This document shows, piece after piece, positions 25,908-37,966 of a stretch of 64,000 bases of DNA. The DNA comes from Raillietiella orientalis (lineage: Eukaryota), in the NCBI GenBank assembly GCA_036172245.1, contig JAYWIR010000028.1, forward strand, positions 620,001 to 684,000. Direction: 5' to 3'. Position 1 is the first letter of the stretch; the number at the start of each line of letters is the position of its first letter. The position numbers and the translations under genes are program-made. The notes beneath the pieces are model-generated. The model saw only the letters and a list, made by a program, of their open reading frames with translations, did no database searches and was not told the origin of the DNA.

Positions 25908-26282
25908 ATGGAAGCCGGACCTTTTGCTGGCTGCCGAGGATCGCGGAGCATCTCCGGGACACGAGAAAATTCCCGGGAGGTGAATTTCCCAACCGGACCG
26001 GAGTGCACGGCAACGTTTTCCGTAGAAACGTCAGGGCGTTGCAGCAACCGGAAGGCACGACAAGGCAGCATCGGAGGAGCGCAACGGGTTCTTCTCCGTT
26101 GCCGCCTTTTCCTACGAAGGGAGGACGAGGAGAGCCGCAGCTGCTGCTAGCAGGCATCATCTCCGGATGATCGCGAAGGTCATGGCGCTCGCACCCTACT
26201 CTCTGCTCCCTACGAACAGCAGAGAAGCAGCCGAGCGCCTGGCAGCGCGAAACCGACTGCACCCATCCGCGACGCCCGGGAG
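25908..26282 (+). CDS. Tentative orphan gene fragment with micro-introns; join(25908..25979, 26026..26178, 26220..26282)
   Basis: Three open phase-0 segments separated by GT..AG gaps of 46 and 41 nt, the same size class as the SET8 introns. No recognisable domain. Confidence 0.25.
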
Positions 26283-29200
26283 GTGACGAAAGACCGGAAG
26301 GAGGATGAGGGGTGCGGCCGCTGAGGAACGAAGGTGTGCGGGGGGGTAGGTGGGGCACCTCCGGGTTGGCCAGCGTACGGGCAGACGGAGCTGCAGAAGC
26401 AGCCCCCGCTGCGTTTTTCGCGCACCCTGCCAACAGCCTTCCGGAGTCCTGCGGGGCAAGCAGCCACGGGGAGAGATGCCGAGACGAACAGCAGGATTCC
26501 CGAAGGGACAGGAGAAGAGCCTGCTGTCTTTTCAGGAATCCCGTTCGTCTCCTCGACATCTACTCGTCCCTATTTATTTCTTCCTCTCTCCTCATCCTCC
26601 CTGCTTTCTCCATTCCTGGTACGGTACCGATCCATGTGTTGCGAGCGGCACGTGTCGGACCTTTCTCCTTTGTACGCACTCCCGCTGTACACATCATTGT
26701 TTGATCCACGGGGATGCCGAGGGCCGCCAGGAGGAAGGATCCAGCATGTGCCGGCGGTGAGATGCGCCACCTGCACGCTCTGATCCTAGCCCTAGCGGGG
26801 CCGGACACCGCAAGTCGGCCATTATGCCGTTGAGGTGTTGCTGATCTTCGGCTGGTGCTGCAGATGTGCTGCTGCCGCGTTCCCGCTGCGCTCCATCACG
26901 ACGCGGTGGCATGGACGCTTCGTGGTTCCGCACAATCCACTGCGCGGGACGGGGAGGGAGCAAACGGGCTATGCGCCCTTGTCTTGGCGTTTGGGAGCGA
27001 GGGCGCGGCTCGGGGAGCAGTCCCCGCTCGGGAGATGGACGCGGACAGCGCAAAGTGTTTGCGCTGCGGTCCGCGATGGGCGAGCGGATTCCTCTCGCGG
27101 GAGAGGCGAACGCGGCCCTTCCTGTAGCGCCCTCGGGACGGGGGAGCGCGCCGAGCGTTCTTTGTTTGGTGTGTGCGTGCGGTCGTTTCCCTCCGTGGGA
27201 GGCGCCTTTGGCGATGAAAGGTAGAGAGGGAGGGGAGAGGGGGTGCCGCCCGTTCCATCCCTGGCGCTTGCCTCTTGAGCCGGCAAGCCGCTTGGCCAGC
27301 TGGAGGCGGTCCGAACGTCGGGACGCGGTCGCTTTCTCCGTGGCTGCCCGCCGCAAGCAGCAGCTCGAATCTGAATCTGGGAGTCGTTATGTCTTTTCCG
27401 AGTGCCGCGGGTCTGCAGGGTCCGCGGCGTGGGTCCCTTCGCGTGAGAAGGAGGGAGAGGGATCGAAGGTAGGAGAGGACGCTTCTGTCCCTGGCCCGGG
27501 CACGTCGACGCTAGCGGGGAAAGGCAGGGGTGCGATGGGGGGGGGGCGGGGACGTCCTCTTTTCTCAGGGCCGTGTGCTTCCCCTGCTCCGCGCGCATCC
27601 CTCGCCTAAACGCCGGCGTTTCCAGGCTGCGGCTTTTGCGAAGACCTTGGTGTGCTTTCCGATGAAAGGCTCCATCGGTGCCAGGGGTGGGGAAGCATGG
27701 CTGCTGCGCGCGCTGTTCTTTTCTTTTCTTCCCCCCTCCCTTGCCAAACGAGGTTTTCGGATGCTGCGGAAGTTTCCTGGATGCTGCGAATCGGTTGAGT
27801 CCAGACTTCGAGGGTTTCGACGTCATTTGACTGCGTCTTCGGCAGTCCGGTTTCGCGCTCGTGCCTTTCCCTTCCTCTCCCGCGACCCTGTCACCGCTTC
27901 AGGATGCATGCGCAAGGCGTCGCTGCTGGAGACCATCGAGCATGGAGAGGAATGCTGGTTGGACCACGTGCCGCATGGCACGCGTGTTTGCCGAGACGTT
28001 GTGTTGCAAAGGGGAATAGCAGATGCGTAGAGTCGAGAGCTTAAGGTGCTCACTGGTCGTGAGCATGCATCGTCCGTGGGCAACAGACGGGATCTTGCTG
28101 GCATGTTCTGTGATGCCGTTAGCTGCATGCATGGTGTAGCATTCATTACTGTTCTGAATGGTCGTGAGAAGGTGAGGGCCCATCATGACACGCGTGACAG
28201 ACCACCCTGTTCCGGGGGGTGCGGTTATTGCTAGTTGAAGAATTTTCTCGAATGCTTCCTCAGAAACGCAAATGATTTTTTCACGTGTTTGGGTGGTCTC
28301 TTGGCTGAAGGCAAGAAGGGAGTGGTTGAGGGCATCTCTGGATGCATGGGATGCTTGCGATGGGGAGGAACTTCTGCTTCGTTTGGGGTTTGTTCCCGCT
28401 TTCTTGGATGCTCCTTGAGTTCTGGGACGCGTCGTGTGGCGCTGAAATGTTTCCCGAGTCGCGTTGCAGCTTCTGGTTCTGAGTTGCTTCTTCTTTCGGT
28501 GGAGACGCTCTCTGCGGTCCTCGCATGAGAATTCTAATCCCGTTGCTTTTTCCTTCTCTGTGTGATCACTCCAGAGCTTCTAGAAAGGAAGAGGATTCTC
28601 CATGTGGTGCCGAGCCGCCAGCAAACCGATCTCTCTTGAGGACATCGGATGTTCTGGGCGGGTTGATGTGGTGGGATCTGCTCGTTGGCGTCTCCTTCCA
28701 CCATTACTTGGAATCTTTTTTTTTTTTTTATGGATGCAAGGATCAAGGATTAGTTCGGAGCACCTTTACCTGTGGGTTTAGACCTGACCAAGAGCTGATC
28801 CTGTATCAAAGTAAACATATCAAACAGCTGAACGTTCGTTCTAATAAGGAATCGTTCAAGTCAGATACATGGGGAACCCCGCGTGGGCTTTCAGCATTTT
28901 TTTTGTGCAGCCTTCGGGATTCTTTTTGAAGGTTTACTCGATTTTTTTTCAACTGCAGCTGACTTCCTGGCAGGTGTGAATCACACCTCTCTGCCTCACA
29001 TTTAAAACGAAACGCTGAAACTTCATCGTGAATAACGCGCGGTCGTCAAAAAGGGTCTGCCAGTGCACAGGTCTGACGTTCGTTTTGGAGTTAGGTGTGA
29101 AGGCGTGTATAAGAGATGTGCTCCTCTGCATCCCGAGAGCTCACATGTGTCGTTTCAAAATGGTTTGCAAGGGTCGCCCGCCTACGATGGTGAAGACCAA

Positions 29201-32200
29201 AGGTTCTTTGTTCCTTCTCGGAAGGCTTCGCTTTTTGCCATGGAGATGGCTGGTCAGCCGTAAGGTCAATTCCGTGCGGATCCGTTCCAGCCACGTGACA
29301 TAAAGCGGCATCTCACCGCAACGCCGAGTTCCAGAACGGAGTTCCCGGCCCGTACTTGGAAACAGACTCCGGAAGTGCAACGGCAGTTTTGACAAAGCGT
29401 CGGGTCGAAAGTCGCAGTACATAACGTGGACACAGTCCACGCTCGCGATGGTGAGCTCATTACCCAACTTGCGCTTAACTACACTCTGGGGGACGGTTCG
29501 TCTTGCTGTTCAGGTCTCGAGTCGGGACGAGCTCGATTTGCCCGGAAAACTTAGTTTTTGCTCCGCAGAACTATAACTGTCAGGACTGACGAGATGCAAC
29601 TGATCTGATCGACCCTGCATTCGAGAGATGCGAATGTATTTTTTTTTTTTTCCCCTGTTCTTCGGCACCTGATGGGACAACTGATAATACCACAGATGCT
29701 GCTCAGCCGAGCAGTGTCCGTGGTCTACCATGTGGTTTGATAAATAATGGACAAACTGTCGTTGTGTATCGGAGGAACGGGCAGAGGAATTCCTGATTTA
29801 CTCCGATTAATCCGAATTCAACGGGGGGGGGGGGGGAGACTTATCTGAGGAAATGGAATTTGTCATATGAAAAGTCCGTGGGTGGAGCAACTCCATCAAG
29901 GAAGGCTCGGGAGAAACGATGGTTCGCAGGGTTACTGAAAAAACGCCCCAAACCCGGAGAGTTTCGCGCTCTGCCAATCCATGGTGCGGTGGCTGTGCAC
30001 ACATCTCTGTGCCTCTGATGCGGCGATTGGTCTCTGTAACGGCCGAGACTTCACCATCAAAAAACGTGGTCCAAAAGTTTATCGTCAGTTTAAGTAATTT
30101 TCGTTTGCATCAGAGGCGGAATGTCCGTGTTTTCTGCATTATCCACGTGTTAGGCGGCTTAGTAAAGGCAAAACGTAAAAGTGTTCCCGGATGCCCAAAG
30201 GGATCAAGTTGTTTACGAACACGAAAAGAATCTGATGTCTGAGATGAAAGGGGAGGGGGGGAGGAGGGAAAGAAAAAAAAGATTGGCTTCGTGATATGGC
30301 ATTTATGTAGATGTGACTCTCTTTTATCAGAATGAGATCTTCAGCCTCAGGGTCCTATGAAGGCTAATTAACTCACTCCATTGCAATATCACTGTCTGCT
30401 AAGCGAAACTCAAATCGTGGGGAAGTCAGTTCCCCGATGATGATGACTCGACATATTTCTGGCACGCCACGACAAACGAGTCCGGGATTCGCATGATACG
30501 TATGCGAAGGAGCGTCTCAAACTTAGAGAGGAATTTGAAGAGAAAAAAAAAAAGGTTTCAGAGTGAAATTAGGATGGGTGTGCGATTATTTTCTTCTCTC
30601 CGCCTCGCAGTGCAGCTAGAGACGGTTCATTCGAATTTTCAGCTCCGGGTTGACCGATCTGCAAACCGACCTAAGGACCCACTTCTGTTCCCCCGTCCCC
30701 ACTTGTGACCATTTTTATGAAGGCCGGTGGTCCCACGTAAAGGTATCCACCCGTGAAACGTTAGATTGCGTGTTCTGCTTGAAACTCCACGTCGGTGTGA
30801 ACGGTCTTCGTGGAATAGGCATTGCCAAATGCAAAAATAGGAGTAGGCGCTCGGAGGAAGGTGTTCGCAATCAACCCCTCGTTGTCCGTTCACAGTCTCT
30901 TCTCGACGTAAACAAACAAACGTGCGCGGGGGAAACAAATGCTCAGTGAGATGGAACCTCATCGAGCGATCTCTGCTCGGCCACAATAACAGACAACCTA
31001 TGAATAGAAAAAAAAATTTGTTTCCCATTTCGCTCGGTTGGCCTTTCGCCGGGGGGTGCGCATCGCGAAGGACGATCGAACCCACAAAGTACACAGTGAA
31101 TTCACGTCGATTTTCGATGGTTCGATCGAGATGTATATTTTTGTTTTTATACAAATATAAACATTGCATTTGACCTAACCGAGGGAACGACCGATTGCTA
31201 TGGTTTTACTTGGAGTCACCTTTTCTCTTCCCCCACCCCTCCCGCTCTCCCCTCGACGTTCCGTGGATGCGATTGCTGCTTAGCAAAAGGAAACTTAGTT
31301 TTCCCACCTGTCCTTTGAACCCGTCCCCGGTACGAACAACTCTGGCCTAATAGTTGGGCACGAGAAATTGGAGGGAATTCATGCAAGGGAGGGGGGGAGT
31401 TGTGAATTTCGAGTTCAAGAAATTGGCGCCCGGTGCGTGCAAAATCTCGCAGCACGCTTCCTGAGGGAAGATGCGTCTCGCAGCACATTTCCGGAACGGA
31501 GATGCAGCCCGTTGCGGCAGAAAGGGTTCCCCAGGGTCAGCTTCAGCAGTGCTGCAGCGAAGAGCCTTCCGTGCGGACGGCGGCTGCAAAAATGCGCACC
31601 GAAAGTTCCGCAGGGAACTCCGTCTCCAAAGGATACGTCCTCCGAATCTGCGAATCGCTGCTGCTGTTCGGTCGAGACCCATTTTCTCTCGTTGGATTCG
31701 AATCTCTTGTCTGGAGGAAGGGCAGCGAAGCTGCGGCAGAGGACCATCGCCGCTAAAGACGCTAACCGAGTGGTGACCGTTAAACAGTGGAAGCGGTGAG
31801 GTTTCTCACACGATTTCATACCCACCGCCGAGTGCTTAGGGGAAAAATGGATCACCCCTATGCGGTGCAAATGGGCGCCTGTGGTCGTGAAATCCCTTTT
31901 TGTTCCCTTCACGAGTGCGGAGGCACTTTCGGGATGGGGAGCTTCCTCAGAAGGCGGATGTGGAGATGCGATTCCGTTTCCCACTCCCGAATCACGACGG
32001 ATATCCCCTGCAATCCTTGTGGACAGGAATTCTTCTCAGCGCGGTGAACAAAAAGTTGCATAAATAAATCGCCTTGCATGCGGGTCCGTTTGCATATCGG
32101 CTTTCTGTTTGATTTGAGACGATTTATCATTCACAGCAAAGCATGCTGATAAGCGGCCCGCGGGGCTCTAGGATGACCTTGAAAGACGCTGATGGGGCAA

Positions 32201-33329
32201 CCAGTTCAACCCGAAAGTCGGCTAATGCTAATAAGTGTGCCTACACGCGGGGGGGTCGTGGCACACGTGAGCACTCTGTTTCTTGCCCGGAAAAAATGTG
32301 GCATCGACCTCAACTGCAAGAATACGGCAGCTTTCTTTCTTTCTTTTTTTTTTTTTTTTTTTATAGAAGAAGACGGCGATGGAGCCTTGGCTTCCAGCTG
32401 CTCACCCTTCCGGGTTAAAACTTTGGAGCCAGAAATGCATGGGAAGGAAGCACTCGTCGGTGGTGCCTCTGAGTATTCGCGCACCATGGTGTTCTGCCGA
32501 CCGAGTTCCAAGCGCTTTTCAGTTCAGGCACATCGGCGGTGTGTGCAATCGAGTACACACCGTTCAGCAATCTCATTTGTGCGTTTTTTGAAAGGAACCA
32601 CTTCATGTCACTCCGAGTGCGTACAGACGGTGAGGTTGCCCATCTGTACAAAGAAACAAGTACGCGGCGCGTAATTCGTTGACGGAACCTCCCTCAACGG
32701 GGTCTCTTGGACATCACTTGAGCACAGCGGGCTTCTGCTTCGAAATGAGAAACAGCGACGCATCCACGAGGCATCGAGGCTGATGCCGAATCTTTGACGC
32801 AGGAATTCTAGCTGAATCCTCTCAAGACATTCACTTTTGAATCTTTAGAAAAAAAAAAAAAAAAAACTCCTTTCTTTTTTTTCCTCTCTCAAGAAGGAGG
32901 GGGGAAGGAAAGACAATTGCACTTCTGAGAGCTGACCGTAGTTACGTAGCCTCCCTCTTGCACTTCCAGGAAGGATGTGATACGGAACTCAGCACCAAGG
33001 GGGGTACTAGGAATCCATCGCTAATGAGACGTGGCGGCAGCATCCGTGGGATGCCCACGAGTCAGCCGAATGATGAGGTTGTTCAAGTACGTCGTGTTGT
33101 CTTGCGAACGCCATCGGAGGGCAAAGTCCCTTCATTTCGCTGGAAAGACGCGAAAAGCACACACACCAAGGAATTCTGCAAACGGTTCATTTCGTGAGCA
33201 TTTTCAGAGCACTGCACCGAACAACACGCTTCGGTGTGCTGAGCTGCATGACACACATAGGGACGTTCCGCCTGCGTTCGAGACGTCAGGGCAGGAAAGA
33301 CGAGGTGAGGTCCTGCCAGAATAGGACGG

Positions 33330-34960
33330 TCACTTGTGCTTGTAGGAGCAGTCCGACAACAGGTGCTTCTCTAGCTGGGTACTGGACACGAAGCCCTTCA
33401 CGCAACTGTGGCACCAGTGGGGCCTGTTCCCGGCGTGAAGCAGCTCGTGCTTTTTCAGGGCGGACCTGTCGGCGAACCCCCTCTGACAGAAGCTGCAAGA
33501 GAAAGGCTTTATCTTCTCGTGGATCAGCTTGTGTCTCTCCAGGCTGGCTTTGTAGCCGAAAGACTTGTGACATATGGGGCAGCGGAAGGCCTTGCGCCCC
33601 GAAGCGCCGTGGAGGTGCAGCTTGCATTCCAGAGGGCTGCTCTCGTTCTTCATCATCTCCCACCTCGGGATGGTCTCGGCTTCCATCTCGGACCACAGAG
33701 CTGTCTGGCTTCGAATCCTGTTCAGCATCTCGTTGACCGCTTCGTCGGTCTGCAAAAAACAGGATCGACGGAACCGTTGTCCGCCTTTATTTATTTATTT
33801 TTTTTGATGGGGTGGGGGAGGGAGGGCAGGAAGGGGGTGGGGGGAGCGAATTCGACATTACCTTCCCGTTCTTTTCGCTGACCGGATCCTTGGTCTCGTG
33901 GTGCGCCAGGAGGTGCCTGTCTAGTTCCAGCTGGCTGTGGAAGCTGATGAGACAGGTGTGGCATTTGTTGGGAAGTTCGTCGCGGTGGATATCGAGGTGC
34001 TTCTTCAGCCCCAAGGAGCCGTCGCACTTCCTCCCGCAGTGGATGCACTCGTAGGTGCCGCGAGAGGAGCCGCTCCCGGGGCTCCTGGTAGCTTCCACCT
34101 GCGGCAGGCCCGCATCGGGAAACGCCAGATCTGTTCCCTGTAGCTAACGCTGTAAGTTTGATGCGTACGGATAACCTACCTGTCCTTCATTCCCCAGATC
34201 CGTCGGTTCGAACTGCAGATCCTCCACCTCTTCCTTGATCTGGCAAGGAAAAGGAAAGAAAAAAAAGGGAAACAAACGAGGAAAGAAAGAAAACTCTTCG
34301 AAGCTGGTCCGCACGGTTCTGGAAAGTGCTTACCATGAACTGCTGTTCGTCGACGGCGCAGGCGCCGTCGTCCGTTGCCAACGGTGAAGACGGCGCGGCC
34401 TCCGCCTCGTTCTGGATCGTCCACTTCATATTCTGGGGAGCTTGGGGCTTCTCTTCTCTGATCCCCGCCAAGTCTGGTGCCTTTGCTTGCGCGGCCGCCA
34501 CCGCTCCCACGCCACCGCTGCCGCTGTGTGCAGGGGCAGAGGTTTCCCTGACCTCTTCCGACGTCGCCGGCTGGACGACGCACTGCTCAACAGGAAGAAC
34601 CTCCGATTCGTTGTAAATCCCTTTCAGCTGGAGGGTCCTGGCGAGCTCGAGAACGTCGGACAGCTCCTCAATGTTGACCTGCAGGGAGCCGACGTATGCG
34701 TACTTGAGCACGTGGCTCATCGTGATCGGGGGCACGTTGTGGAAGAACACGATGGGGTGCGAGCAGGCGTTCCCCGAGAACATGTGCTCGAATATGGGGC
34801 TGACTGCAGACAAGATGACCTTGTGGGCCTCGTAACGGACCCCGTTGTCGCATACAAGCGTCACGTCCGTGAGCTTCTCCATGGCCTGCAGACTGGTCAG
34901 AGTGCTGGCGATGCTGTCATTGTGAGTCTTCCAGTTGAGCAAGAAGTTGCTGCAGGACAT
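33330..34960 (-). CDS. Ttk-type BTB/POZ plus C2H2 zinc-finger transcription factor (Broad/Tramtrack/Lola-like group); join(34334..34960, 34180..34239, 33862..34137, 33330..33749), about 460 aa
   Basis: N-terminal NFLLNWKTH...LTDVTLVCD...AHKVILSAVSPIF...HPIVFF...LKYAYVG...LELARTLQLKGI is a Ttk-type BTB. Five fingers follow: CIHC..HLDIH, CHTC..HLLAHH, CPIC..HKLIH, CSFC..HELLH, CHSC..HLLSDC. The three GT-AG introns (94, 42, 112 nt) are all phase 0 and give an open frame to TGA at 33330. Confidence 0.92.
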
Positions 34961-35473
34961 CTTCAACCTGGGCAACGGCTTGGCTTCAGCACGACACATC
35001 GAGGGGAAAGAAACAAGGGACGCGAGAGACAAGAACCTCCCAGGAGCGACCGACGACGAGGTCAGGATCACGCGAAGCACCAGGAGTGACTGACGGGAAG
35101 CGAGGGGATCTTTGCCCTGGAATCGCGCCACGTGAGGGCGACCCCCATCGGCCGGATGGCGGCGGGTACGGGGTACGCTTCGGGAAAGGCGAGCCGCCAC
35201 ACAGGGTTGTTGTTTGTTCATCCTCATGGCTGGTCAAGGGAGCCCCGTAGACGGCTCAAACGCTCAGATCGGATCGCGCGACGCACCTGCATGCAGGAAT
35301 TCGCGCGTAGGACGTGGAAAACTAGCTCCCGCGCACGCGCGCATCTTGAAATGGCGCACGGAAGCGGGAGTGGCGCCGTACACGCTGCTGCGTGTACGGC
35401 GGACGCTGGTGGACGAGGAAGTGCGAGGGAGCCATCGCAGCTCACCAGGACGCGTGCGCAAACAGCTGCTGAC

Positions 35474-35511
35474 CTCTTCTTTCCTGCCGTGAATGGCGAA
35501 TTCGACCTCAT
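35474..35511 (-). CDS. Candidate upstream coding exon of the BTB-ZF gene (MRSNSPFTAGKK-R)
   Basis: GCCGCCATG at 35511; the AG|gtcagc donor spliced to the ccag| acceptor (exon start 34967) is in frame with the BTB ATG. The donor is non-optimal and there is no homology support. Confidence 0.25.
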
Positions 35512-37669
35512 GGCGGCTCGCTTATCAGCCGTCCGTTTCGCCTCATGGATGTGGTTTCGTTCGAGGAGAAACCAGACTGATCCACTTATCCATCCCTGCT
35601 GCTCCCTCCGAGAATTCTTTTCGTCGAGAGAATCCCCAAGAGAATTCCAGCATCCGCTGGAGTACGATGGTTTCCTAAAGATGTTTCGGCTGCCCGGCGT
35701 GCAAAGTGTGTCGGTTTCCACGGAGAATCTGGAGAGGATGTACTCCTCTTCTTCCCCGTTCCTTGGTCGCTGCCTACGAAGAGGCCTTCCCGCTGCATCA
35801 CTGGCGCCAGAGCAGACGAACCAGGAAACAAGCGACCGGGAGACAGGAACGGGAAGGAGGGAGAGCCCGTCCTCTTGAACCGCCGCACCACAGAAAGGGA
35901 GGCAAGGAGGGAGTTGCCTGCTGCACTCTTGCCGTGCTGCCTCGACACCCTGTTTCGAAAACCGGACCGATCCCTCCTGGTGAGATGGAGTCCACGTTTA
36001 CGCCGCTGCGACGGACGACTCGGTGGTTTCCTCGGCCTTCCGCTTGTGCCTGAAGGTCACCTCGACCGCAGGCGCATTTGCAAGGAAGCAAAGAACGCAT
36101 TGCTGCAGGTACGAGAGGGTCGCCGGTCCTTTCCCACGCACGATGCGGTAGCGGGAAAATGATCCGGGGAAGAGGCACCAGGGGAGCACAACAAAATGCG
36201 GCGGATCTTCACTGTAATCCTGGAAGGGGGGAACACGCGGAGGCTGCCAGCACAACAACAGAAGACTCCACCTACGCTGCTCGAAGGAGGGATTCCAGTG
36301 GATGGATTCCCCGTTTGCCCAGTTTCCGTGCCGCCCTGCAGAGTGTGCTTCCTACTTCCGAAAACACCGGTGCGCTATCTTAGGACCCTTCGTCGGCTGC
36401 AAGCCAGGGGTATTCTGGGAGTCTTTCTCTTCCTTTTACGCGTCTCCCAGCGAACTTCCGGTGTTGCCTCACTGCCCTGCCGCAATCTTCGTCCGGAGTG
36501 TGCAGTTGGACAAGAGGAGCACGTGAACACGGCGTTTCAGGAAAGTCCAATTTCGAAGGGCGTAAGCTCGGGGATCGGATGCAACCCAATGACGTGACCA
36601 CCGGAGGGCTGAAGGGAAGATCCTCGAGCGCAGCTCGTCCGCGCTGGGTGAGGGAGACCACTCTCGAGGCCGAGGCACAGGAAGGCTCGCTTCCCACGTG
36701 TTTTGAATTCGGATAGCGGCAGGGAACAACACTTCGTGCCTGACACGAGGAGGCAGTATACGAACGCACGTCCGTTGGTCCGGGCATGACGGGGACCGGG
36801 GCCGAATTCGGGGTCACGCTCACGGGGCACTACCATCTCCTGTGCTCACATTTTCCTTCCTTTTCCTCCGAAACTCCATGCTGCCTTCCCTCGTTTTCCC
36901 CCGTCAGAACTGTTTCTCGTTTTTCGTGGCCTTCGGGAATCGAAATGCGTTCACGTCGCCCTACGGAGGCCCCACGATCCTTCGGGGAAAGGAAGGGGGG
37001 GGGGGGTGAAGGGGAGGAATAGAGACGTACCACGCGGAGGAGGCACGAACGGGGGATACCAGCGTGGTCATCCCTTTCGACCTTCAGCGCGGGGCATTCG
37101 CAAACGATCCAGGCGCGATTCATTTCGGGCGAAATCGAGGGGCAACACGGAACGGGAGCACGAAAGACACGAAATGAAACTGGAAAACACTTACCCGGTC
37201 TTCCTTCCTGGAGACGCCTTTCTTCCTCTTTTCGTGTTGTTTTTTTTTTTCCCTTTCCTCTTTTTTCCTTCCTCCTTTCGCTTTTTTTGTTCCTGCAAAC
37301 GGAAAAATGCCTGTTTGTCACTCGCTTTGTGGACCTGCACACTCCCGGGCAACGGGGGGACAGCACCAACCAGTCGGTTTCTTTGCGAACAATGTTCGGG
37401 GATTCCGTCGTAGCGAAGCGACAGCGACAAGATCTTTGAACGGATTCCAACCCGTTTCCTATCGATCTGTCGGCGAGTTTTACGATCTGCTCCCAATGAA
37501 ACAAAGATGGAGAGAACGGCGAGAACCGTAAATGACTGTTTAAAGAAACATTAAAGATACGGAAGCTCTGGACCAAAACAAGGGGAGAGGAGGAGCAGGA
37601 AGTGGAAAACAATCATCTGACTTTCTAATCGAATGCGGACAGTTTGTCATGGGAAACTCGAGACGCTTC

Positions 37670-37697
37670 CCCCCCCCCTCTCTCTCTCTCTCTCTCT
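37670..37697. repeat. poly-C plus (CT)n microsatellite
   Basis: Directly visible run of C followed by ctctct. Confidence 0.85.
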
Positions 37698-37966
37698 TTC
37701 TCCCTCCTCCCTCTTTCCTTAAGGAAACTCCACCCTTCTTCTTCCTACACGGATTCCCAGAAGAAAGGACGAAACCATGCGCGCGTACGGATGCCGTACG
37801 GAAGCGCAAGTACGAAGGACGGATTTCAGGCGTTCCCAAACGAGACCTTTTTTTTTTTTTCTTTTCTTGTTTCTTTCTCCCCCCCCCCTTTTTTTTTTTT
37901 TTTTTTTCAATCCCCCGCCGAGCGCGCTCCGGTTTTCTTCGAAGACTTCACTGAATTTTCTTCCAG

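Noticed and set aside
26694..28030. Long overlapping ORFs of 160-285 aa on both strands
   Set aside because: Arg/Pro/Gly-rich, no domains, expected by chance in GC-rich DNA.
34961..35227. 89-aa N-terminal extension in the 346-aa ORF 34187..35227
   Set aside because: Ttk-type BTBs start a few residues after the Met and a ccag acceptor lies 7 nt before the ATG at 34960; the extension is probably open intron sequence.
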